The position numbers and the translations under genes are program-made. From a virus (taxonomy: Duplodnaviria > Heunggongvirae > Uroviricota > Caudoviricetes): a stretch of DNA of 64,000 bases. The notes beneath the pieces were generated by a model. The model did not search any database. It was given only the letters and a program-made list of their open reading frames with translations, and was not told the DNA's origin. Positions 56,837 to 64,000 of this stretch are shown piece after piece. The DNA is taken from IMG/VR virus record IMGVR_UViG_3300035520_000763, positions 71,032 through 135,031 of that record; one strand, written 5' to 3'. Each line of letters begins with the position of its first letter. Within the stretch, counting starts at the first letter, position 1.

Positions 56837-57457
56837 ATGCCAACAGGTTATACAGCTTACATAGAAAATGGCGACATCACAACTGGCAAAGATTTTCTCA
56901 AATTATGTACAAGAGCAATGGGAATTGCTATGGATTTGAGAGATGAAAACTTATCAGTTCCAACACCAACTCATTTCGAACCTGATAATTATTATAAAGA
57001 ACAATATGAAAAAGCATTATACGAATTTATTAAAAATCAGAATATGACTTTTGAAGAAGCTGCATTACAAATGAAGAAAAGTCATATTGAAAGAGTTACT
57101 GATTATAGAAAACTTGTTGATAAGATGATTGAAAGAAATAAGAAATATCAAAAAGTTAGAGACGAAGTTGAAAATTGGATTCCACCGACTGACAAACATA
57201 AGGGATTAAAGAAATTCGCTTTAGAGCAAATTGATATGTGTATGGACAAGCCAAAAACTATTGAAGGTTACATAGAAGCATCTAAACAGGAATTTGAAAT
57301 AAGTGATGAAACTGTTCATGAATATATGAAGAAACAATTAGATTTATACAAATGGAATGTTGATCATGCATATGAACGGTATCAAGTGGAGTTAGAAAGA
57401 ACCAGAGAAAAGAATAAATGGATGGAGCAACTGATTCAAAGTTTAGAGAATATATAA
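56837..57457 (+). CDS. hypothetical phage protein
   Basis: ORF track; RBS ATAGGGGGTACA. Confidence 0.5.
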   Translation: MPTGYTAYIENGDITTGKDFLKLCTRAMGIAMDLRDENLSVPTPTHFEPDNYYKEQYEKALYEFIKNQNMTFEEAALQMKKSHIERVTDYRKLVDKMIERNKKYQKVRDEVENWIPPTDKHKGLKKFALEQIDMCMDKPKTIEGYIEASKQEFEISDETVHEYMKKQLDLYKWNVDHAYERYQVELERTREKNKWMEQLIQSLENI

Positions 57458-57548
57458 ATATAAGTTGGAAGATAAATAAGAAAGTAGGTGATATTACATA
57501 TTTGAAAATAATACATATGAGCTATTTCAAGGTAAATGTCTTAAATTG

Positions 57549-58241
57549 ATGAAAGATATTCCAGATAAATCTATTGATATGATCTTATGCGATTTGCCAT
57601 ATAACCGTACTCAAAACAAATGGGATATAGTAATCCCATTCGACAAAATGTGGGAGGAATATACTAGGATAATAAAGAACAATGGTGCGATTTGTTTATT
57701 TGCAGATGGCATGTTTATGGCGGATCTAATGGAGAGTAATAAAAAATTATGGAGATATAATTTGGTATGGAATAAAGTTTTAACTTCTGGATTTTTAAAT
57801 GCTAATAGGCAGCCATTAAGACAGCATGAGGAAATTTGTGTTTTTTATAAGAAACAACCCACATATAATCCGCAAAAGGTAAAAGGGAGTAAGAATCATA
57901 GCAAGGGCAAAGAAAAGAAGAATAAAAATAATAATTACAACGATTTTGAATTTGTAGATAATTCGGATGAATTAGGCGATATGAAACATCCAACAAGTAT
58001 TTTGACTTTTCAAAAACCACATCCGTCAACTATGGTGCATCCAACACAGAAGTCAGTTGAACTTTGTGAATGGTTAATTAAGACATATACAAACGCAGGA
58101 GATACAGTATTGGATAATTGTATGGGTTCCGGTACAACAGGCGTTGCTGCTCTGAATCTTGACAGGAAGTTTATAGGAATGGAACTAGATGAGAATTATT
58201 TTAATATAGCGGAGAAGAGAATAAAAGAATTGGAGAAATAA
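57549..58241 (+). CDS. beta-class DNA methyltransferase (motif IV DLPY before motif I GSGTTGVAA); ParB-MTase-like
   Basis: Motifs ...SIDMILCDLPYN... and VLDNCMGSGTTGVAA; conserved N-terminal LFQGKCLKL segment encoded in frame upstream without a canonical start. Confidence 0.65.
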   Translation: MKDIPDKSIDMILCDLPYNRTQNKWDIVIPFDKMWEEYTRIIKNNGAICLFADGMFMADLMESNKKLWRYNLVWNKVLTSGFLNANRQPLRQHEEICVFYKKQPTYNPQKVKGSKNHSKGKEKKNKNNNYNDFEFVDNSDELGDMKHPTSILTFQKPHPSTMVHPTQKSVELCEWLIKTYTNAGDTVLDNCMGSGTTGVAALNLDRKFIGMELDENYFNIAEKRIKELEK

Positions 58242-58490
58242 ATGTTACAAACGTTGGAAGAATTGTGTGAAAGTGAAGAATTGTGTAAATATTGTAATGC
58301 TACTGAATATGGAGAACATAAATTTGTTACTACTCCAAATGGATATTATTCTTGCGAAGGTTCTTATTGCGAAGATGCTTATGATTCATATTTAGATGAT
58401 AAAAATATAACGGAAAATATTGTGAAACATGCATGTAATGTGACATTAGTAAACAAGGAGGAACTGGATGAGTACACCGTTAAAGTTTGA
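58242..58490 (+). CDS. hypothetical Cys-rich protein
   Basis: ORF track; ATG abuts upstream stop. Confidence 0.5.
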   Translation: MLQTLEELCESEELCKYCNATEYGEHKFVTTPNGYYSCEGSYCEDAYDSYLDDKNITENIVKHACNVTLVNKEELDEYTVKV

Positions 58491-59070
58491 ATTTGATTTT
58501 GATGAAGTTTTTGAAGGAATTAAGCAAGGTGTTATTAGAGAATTATCTGAAGCAAATTTTGAAGATGCAAAAACGGTCGCTATTAATCAGATTAAGACTG
58601 AAATTAGGCAAAAAATTAGTTTAACATATGGTGATTACAATGGTTTAAAAAATGAAGTTAAAAATGAAATTAAGGAAAAAGTCTTTGATTCAGTTATTGA
58701 AGAAGTAAATAATAAATATTTTAATCATTTCAAGGATTACATAGAATCACAATTATCAAAAAATCCTGAACGATTAAAAGAAGTAACTGGAGAAATAAAA
58801 GCAGAAGTTGAAGACAAGATGTATTCTGAACTCTATTCAGATATAAAACAGGATTTATTAAATGAATTAAGAAGTTCTTTTTCTACAACATTTGATGTAT
58901 TTAGCGGTAATTCTATTAAAATTAATGGCTCTGATAAAACAATATCCAAAGAAGAATATGAAGAATTGTTAGATAGAGATAGAAAATTGAGTGCATTGGA
59001 AGCAGGTGGCGTTGATAATTGGCAATGGTATGGAGAGTCATTAGAGCAATACTATAATGAGAAAGAATAA
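58468..59070 (+). CDS. hypothetical phage protein
   Basis: ORF track; RBS AAGGAGGAA. Confidence 0.55.
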   Translation: MSTPLKFEFDFDEVFEGIKQGVIRELSEANFEDAKTVAINQIKTEIRQKISLTYGDYNGLKNEVKNEIKEKVFDSVIEEVNNKYFNHFKDYIESQLSKNPERLKEVTGEIKAEVEDKMYSELYSDIKQDLLNELRSSFSTTFDVFSGNSIKINGSDKTISKEEYEELLDRDRKLSALEAGGVDNWQWYGESLEQYYNEKE

Positions 59071-59139
59071 TTTATATGCGATGATTGCAACATAGAACTA
59101 ACCTTTTATTGGGAAAATTGACACTTAAAAGGAGAAATA

Positions 59140-59325
59140 ATGAGGGTTAAAGAAATTAAAGTGTGTCCATTCAGAACAGGAACAGAGACAAGATTATCGG
59201 CAACAATTGAAGGTGAGTCATTTACTACTGAGTACTTTATGCCATGTCTAAAAGAAGATTGTCCTGCATTTTATGTAAATCATGGTGGTTATGAAAAAGA
59301 ATATGAGAAATGTAAGCGGTTATAA
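59140..59325 (+). CDS. hypothetical phage protein
   Basis: ORF track; RBS AAGGAGAAATA. Confidence 0.5.
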   Translation: MRVKEIKVCPFRTGTETRLSATIEGESFTTEYFMPCLKEDCPAFYVNHGGYEKEYEKCKRL

Positions 59326-59371
59326 ATTGTGAGAGAACAATTTGTAACCTTAAATTAGAGGGGCGATATAA

Positions 59372-59704
59372 ATGGACGAAGATTATTATTTAAATATATG
59401 GCTAGAACAAGTTGAAGATAAAGATAAAGTATTAGAGATATTACAAAAACTTTCCGATGAGTTTAATATGCCAATTCAAGAAATTGTTAGATATATTGAT
59501 ATAGTTGCTGGATATCCAGAAGCTTCATATGATTTATTAGAAAAAGCAGCAAATTTATATAATTCAGAAATTATTCTTCCCAAAGAAAGAATTTCTTCTG
59601 TTAAGAAACAAATCAAATATTGTAAAAATCCAATGGAGAAAAAGAGATTAGAAGAAAAATTGAATGGATTATATAAAGAAAAGAAAAATAAACGAGAATG
59701 GTAA
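59372..59704 (+). CDS. hypothetical phage protein
   Basis: ORF track; RBS AGAGGGGCG. Confidence 0.5.
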   Translation: MDEDYYLNIWLEQVEDKDKVLEILQKLSDEFNMPIQEIVRYIDIVAGYPEASYDLLEKAANLYNSEIILPKERISSVKKQIKYCKNPMEKKRLEEKLNGLYKEKKNKREW

Positions 59705-59709
59705 TTAAT

Positions 59710-60048
59710 ATGGAAATAGAATTATATGACAATCATTTAATTGTTTCATCAGGAATTTATTTTGATGATGAGTGGGCGTTTTGCGGAAGACCATATGTTT
59801 CTTTGTTTGCACATAAAGAAAAATATGCACATTGGGACAAGAATACTATCGCAATTTGTATTAATGATCATGATGATTTTGATGTTGGATTGATTTATAC
59901 AACTGACGATGATCATTTTACTGATGTGTTACATGAACTAATTAACTGGATGGTTGACCATGAAAAAGGAATTAGTTCTTATTGGAAAATGGTAGATAAT
60001 CCGTATGAGTTCTTTCCCGATTGTGGTTGTGAGAGAAAATGGTGGTAA
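59710..60048 (+). CDS. hypothetical phage protein
   Basis: ORF track (59698..); ATG at 59710. Confidence 0.5.
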   Translation: MEIELYDNHLIVSSGIYFDDEWAFCGRPYVSLFAHKEKYAHWDKNTIAICINDHDDFDVGLIYTTDDDHFTDVLHELINWMVDHEKGISSYWKMVDNPYEFFPDCGCERKWW

Positions 60049-60060
60049 AGGAGAAAACAG

Positions 60061-60714
60061 ATGACAGAAAAATTAAAGAATATGATTGATGAATTGGCAA
60101 AGTTTGATTTAGATAGTGGTGATGATCCACGTTGGGCAAAACGTAGAATTGAAGAATTAAAGCGTGAATCCGATAGAGAAAACAGTCCATACAGAACAAT
60201 CAATATGTATAACCTGATTGAAAAAATTTATAAAGAAAATAAGGAAATTTCTGATAGTTTGCGTGAATTTGGTAAGAGTGCATTTGCTGATATATTATAT
60301 GATTATACTCTGGTGATTATCAATCTAATTAAAGACGAAGCGAGTGAAGTAAAAGAAGATAATTCAAAAAATGACGAAACCATTTTAGAAGGAATTAATT
60401 GGATAAAAGATGCAATCAAGTTAATGAATACTGGATATTATAGTAAAATGGAAGAATGTATCAATACATATAAAAATTATGATGAGAAAAATTATAAAGT
60501 ATTGGAAACAACTAAGCGATTGGCTGATATTATTGAATCACTTACTAATGATAAATTTACAACAAAAGATTTTGAGGCAGTAATGATTAAACCATATAGA
60601 GAAAAGCCTGTCCTGATTAAAGATGGAAAGAGAATTGATAGTGAGACTATGACAAGTTTTGATATTGATTGGGGTTGGGACAGAAGAATTGAAATGAATG
60701 TAAGGAATGAGTAG
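60061..60714 (+). CDS. hypothetical phage protein
   Basis: ORF track; RBS AAGGAGAAAACAG. Confidence 0.55.
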   Translation: MTEKLKNMIDELAKFDLDSGDDPRWAKRRIEELKRESDRENSPYRTINMYNLIEKIYKENKEISDSLREFGKSAFADILYDYTLVIINLIKDEASEVKEDNSKNDETILEGINWIKDAIKLMNTGYYSKMEECINTYKNYDEKNYKVLETTKRLADIIESLTNDKFTTKDFEAVMIKPYREKPVLIKDGKRIDSETMTSFDIDWGWDRRIEMNVRNE

Positions 60715-60722
60715 GTGATTAA

Positions 60723-61277
60723 ATGATTAATCTCAAGACAATTATGGAAGAAATAAAAGAAAGAATCCGCTTTGATGGATTAAACGATGATATTGATATT
60801 GTCCCTAAATGGTACAAAGATAAAGATGATCAATTTGCAGGTCGCATCAACTGGGAGACATGCTTTCGTAATGGGGTGAATTGTAAAGAATATACCGACC
60901 AAACTATTGTAAATGAGGTATTTGAAAAATACATAAATGCTTCAAAAAATTATAATGGATGGATTTCTGTCAAAGATTCTCTGCCGATGGTTGAACAGAA
61001 AGTTCTTATCACAGCAAGAAAAAAATATGTTGGTGGAGATGTCCGCTATATTATGACAACTGCAATGTATGAAGACGGAACGGTTAGAGAAAATGATAGT
61101 AGATGGCGTTGGCAAGACATAGAAGGCGAATGGGACGAAGAAGAAGATTGTTGGATCATTCCTGAAGGTTGGTGGGAAGATAGAGTATATAATCCAGATG
61201 ATGTCTACAATAATTTGGTTGATGACGAAGTGATTGCGTGGCAACCATTACCAAAGGAATATATAGAGGATATATAA
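60723..61277 (+). CDS. DUF551-like phage protein
   Basis: WISVKDSLP...VL... and C-terminal IAWQPLPKEY resemble the DUF551 W-x-LP / W-x-PLP signature. Confidence 0.5.
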   Translation: MINLKTIMEEIKERIRFDGLNDDIDIVPKWYKDKDDQFAGRINWETCFRNGVNCKEYTDQTIVNEVFEKYINASKNYNGWISVKDSLPMVEQKVLITARKKYVGGDVRYIMTTAMYEDGTVRENDSRWRWQDIEGEWDEEEDCWIIPEGWWEDRVYNPDDVYNNLVDDEVIAWQPLPKEYIEDI

Positions 61278-61352
61278 ATGGAAAAATCAAATATATTTTT
61301 GTGTGTATTTATGAGTTTTTTTGTTGTTGGAATATGTTTATTTTCATTTTGA
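61278..61352 (+). CDS. small hydrophobic peptide (24 aa, single TM)
   Basis: Self-translated MEKSNIFLCVFMSFFVVGICLFSF; ATG abuts the upstream stop. Confidence 0.3.
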   Translation: MEKSNIFLCVFMSFFVVGICLFSF

Positions 61353-61551
61353 TTTGAAAAAGAAAATGATGATTATTTTTACTTTCTTCCAAATCGAATT
61401 TATAAGAATACAGATTTAAATATTTTTGGCAGTATATTGCTGAGTATTTGGTTTTTCATAACAAATTATTTGTACTGCATTATTGTGAGTGTAATTGGAT
61501 TTGTTTGTTGGATTTGCCATGTTGGAAGAAAAAATGAGTAGAGGTGATTGA

Positions 61552-62301
61552 TTGAAATCAGGATACGAGAAAAGATTTAAAAACGGTGACATCGTGTATT
61601 GGTGTCATCATGCAGGTAATGCAGATTATTCAGTCAAGTTCGGAATGGTAGATGAACAATTTTCGGATGCAGTTGTTATTGATTATCTTGTACGAAAAGA
61701 GAATAGATTAGTAGATGGCGTTCCATTTGAGCAGTTTGAATCTGAAACAAGATACAGGAAACTTCCTAAAGGTTGGAGCTATGACACAAAGTTATTTGAC
61801 TTGTCATTTGATAATAGTGATGATGAAAAATTGTCGAAAGTTTATATAAAAGATCCAGAGTCAATAAAGAAAGCGTATGAAGATGGATTATTAGTCAAAG
61901 ATCGTACTATCTATCATGGGAATGTTGAAGCTGAAATTACTAAAGACGGATTCAGAGTAGTTAGGAAATATCCTATGTATTTAAATCATATTGATCATGT
62001 GAGTGTTCGTCCTGATAAAGTTTATTTTACATATAATGAAGCACTGAAAGAAGTAGAAGATAATATTGCAGAGTTTCATAGGCAAGCTTCTTTATCGGAG
62101 TATGACTGGTCGGTGGAACAAATTGATAAAACGTTGAATCGTTGGCAGAAATTCCATGATGAATCTGATGAGAAAAGATTGTCATATAGAAACTGGTTGC
62201 TTGAAATGAAGAATGTAGAAGATATTGAAACGAGGATTTTTAATGGTGAAATTCAGTGGAAATATTGGAAGAACAAGAAGTGGAATTATATTGAATTGTA
62301 A
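61552..62301 (+). CDS. hypothetical phage protein (TTG start)
   Basis: ORF track; RBS AGAGGTGATTGA. Confidence 0.5.
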   Translation: MKSGYEKRFKNGDIVYWCHHAGNADYSVKFGMVDEQFSDAVVIDYLVRKENRLVDGVPFEQFESETRYRKLPKGWSYDTKLFDLSFDNSDDEKLSKVYIKDPESIKKAYEDGLLVKDRTIYHGNVEAEITKDGFRVVRKYPMYLNHIDHVSVRPDKVYFTYNEALKEVEDNIAEFHRQASLSEYDWSVEQIDKTLNRWQKFHDESDEKRLSYRNWLLEMKNVEDIETRIFNGEIQWKYWKNKKWNYIEL

Positions 62302-62536
62302 GAGAGGTGATTAAAAAATTATACTTATATTAGCACATATTGCATTGGCTCTTATGAGTATGTCAATGGCAATTAATCAAGATAGAAAAAGTTATAAAAT
62401 CTGTTGGACAACAACTTCAATTATTTGGACTTTATGCGTGATTATTGAAGTATTAAAAGTTATAGGGATTATGTAAGAGTTACTTTCACTACCCTATAAA
62501 ACCAAACTTCTATTGGGAATATGAATGGAGAAGAAT

Positions 62537-62923
62537 ATGAATAAACGGTATGTAGACATAGATGATTTATTAGATTATTTACTCAATAAGTCAAATTTAG
62601 ATATTGGAGACGATTATTATAGGGAATTTTTTGAAGAATCATTAAAAAAGTGTTGCGAGGAATATATCGCACTTACAATTCCTGATGTACAGGTTGGTCA
62701 AAAAGTTTGGGCAGTCACAAAAGATTATAACTACGAACTTCAAAAAGTTCAATTTTTTATTAAGGAATGCCACGTTATTAGGATACAAATAAAAAAGAGA
62801 ATGTCGTTTAGCGTTAAAGGGGATTCTTACTATTTTGCTACTTTTACAAAGAATAGTATTGGGAAGACAATCTTCTTCACTGAGGAAGATGCGAAACAAA
62901 GAGTAGAAGAATTATATAAATAA
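62537..62923 (+). CDS. hypothetical phage protein
   Basis: ORF track (62525..); ATG after GGAGAAG. Confidence 0.5.
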   Translation: MNKRYVDIDDLLDYLLNKSNLDIGDDYYREFFEESLKKCCEEYIALTIPDVQVGQKVWAVTKDYNYELQKVQFFIKECHVIRIQIKKRMSFSVKGDSYYFATFTKNSIGKTIFFTEEDAKQRVEELYK

Positions 62924-62937
62924 AAAGGAGAAAGTAA

Positions 62938-63237
62938 TTGAAAATCTTAAATAAATCACAAATGAAAACTTTAATGGAAGATTTTCCTGATGGAGGAATT
63001 GTATTTGCAGAATATGAACCTGATGTTCTTAAATCAGAACTAATGGTAACTGATGGAAGTTTCGGTGCAACAGAAGTTATTCCTGATGATGGCGAAGTTT
63101 TTGATTTTGATTGGAATATTGAAGAATATAAAGATAAAGATTTATTTGCGGTATTTGATAATAATGATGTGCTGCAAATGATTCAAACATTAACCAGAGG
63201 ATTAAAGATCAAACTCAATAATTGGTATGATGAATAA
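62938..63237 (+). CDS. hypothetical phage protein (TTG start)
   Basis: ORF track; RBS AAAGGAGAAAG. Confidence 0.5.
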   Translation: MKILNKSQMKTLMEDFPDGGIVFAEYEPDVLKSELMVTDGSFGATEVIPDDGEVFDFDWNIEEYKDKDLFAVFDNNDVLQMIQTLTRGLKIKLNNWYDE

Positions 63238-63262
63238 AGTTTTATACTCATAAGAAAAGAAG

Positions 63263-63898
63263 GTGGTAACAATAGATTTAGTTGAAGCATTACAGAAGCA
63301 GATGGAATTCTGTCGTGAAAAAGAAAGATATAGATGTGGAGTGTACGTTAAATCCAAAGAGCATATGGAAATTGTTGCGGATGTTATCAGTAATCTGATT
63401 CCAAGACTAAATAGAGAAGTAAGTTTACGTTGCAATTATACTGAAGCAATTTGGACAAATGGTAGTGTTTTAAAAATAATTCGTGCAAATGATAGTGTAA
63501 GAGCACAACGGTTCAACGGAATCATAATTGATAATGATATTGAAAGAGAAGTTATAAATACGATTATTTACCCAGTACTAAGACCAATTATAACAGAAAT
63601 ATCAAAAGGATATGATACGAATGATAACCCAAACGAAAGAATTTATTATGTTGAAATTAGTGATGATGACGTAAGAAAATCTGAACAACATAAACAGATT
63701 TTTTATGTTTCATCAGGCACAAGATCAAGTTCAATTTTTTGTGATGACTTGATAAAGCCATTTACAAACACAGGATTATTTGAAAAGGAGTATAAATGTA
63801 TGTTTTACGAAAATGATTACACTAGACCAATAATGGAGAAAGAATTAAATGGAGATAAAGTCATATTATATCAAGCATGTGGAATCCAAAGAATCTGA
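63263..63898 (+). CDS. hypothetical phage protein (GTG start)
   Basis: ORF track; RBS AGAAGGTGG. Confidence 0.5.
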   Translation: MVTIDLVEALQKQMEFCREKERYRCGVYVKSKEHMEIVADVISNLIPRLNREVSLRCNYTEAIWTNGSVLKIIRANDSVRAQRFNGIIIDNDIEREVINTIIYPVLRPIITEISKGYDTNDNPNERIYYVEISDDDVRKSEQHKQIFYVSSGTRSSSIFCDDLIKPFTNTGLFEKEYKCMFYENDYTRPIMEKELNGDKVILYQACGIQRI

Positions 63899-64000
63899 TT
63901 ACATATTCAACGGAATTTATCAATAAAACAAAGAAAACATATTTAAACGTTTCCGGTAAGTATGAAATCCCAGACCTTGATTACGAGAATCATTTGAATG

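Noticed and set aside
182-63435. Numerous 60-140-aa minus-strand ORFs in the six-frame track (e.g. 182..400, 1333..1611, 5576..5953, 6572..6895, 13199..13594, 14849..15142, 24270..24590, 30858..31139, 40729..41124, 53953..54378)
   Set aside because: All lie antisense inside well-supported + strand genes. They have low-complexity, Leu/Ser/Phe/Ile-rich composition typical of AT-rich antisense frames, and lack RBS. Only 20839..21063 (-) has a recognisable fold (HTH) and its own intergenic context.
1-64000. Searched for multi-spacer CRISPR arrays, rRNA genes, structural/terminase/portal genes and an obvious attL/attR pair
   Set aside because: None seen. Only the two-repeat unit at 27551..27641 is CRISPR-like. 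No long conserved rRNA-like stretches. No large (>450 aa) terminase/portal/capsid-like ORFs in this window, so the window looks like the non-structural arm of a larger phage genome.

Overview
AT-rich (about 30% GC) 64-kb window that reads as part of a large Firmicutes (probably Clostridia-type) phage or prophage genome. About 140 short, tightly packed genes, most with GGAGG-like ribosome-binding sites (RBS) and many with ATGA/overlapping stop-start junctions, all lie on the + strand. The only credible minus-strand gene is a small XRE-family helix-turn-helix (HTH) regulator (20839..21063). No structural or terminase genes are evident, so this looks like an early/middle (replication, host-takeover and accessory) region. 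Features recognisable from sequence alone:
- a tyrosine integrase cassette;
- an orphan MazF/EndoA-like toxin next to the single divergent HTH gene;
- five DNA methyltransferases (MTases);
- three ParB/Srx-fold (DUF262/ParB-like) proteins, one of them an apparent sigma-70-like::DUF262 fusion of 706 aa;
- a complete IS200/IS605 element (tnpA+tnpB) with matching subterminal hairpins;
- a separate, larger solo TnpB/Cas12f-like RuvC nuclease (543 aa) with two 25-bp direct repeats (41-bp spacer) upstream and a structured non-coding tail;
- a cluster of nucleotidyltransferase + CCA-adding enzyme (with HD domain) + DHH/DHHA1 phosphoesterase;
- an SPFH/band-7 membrane protein;
- two P-loop ATPase modules;
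- many small CxxC zinc-ribbon proteins.
Most other ORFs are hypothetical phage proteins. Features located from my own reading of the sequence, rather than from the ORF track, carry about +/-2 nt uncertainty. No homology search could be run, so every family assignment rests on motifs visible in the translations.
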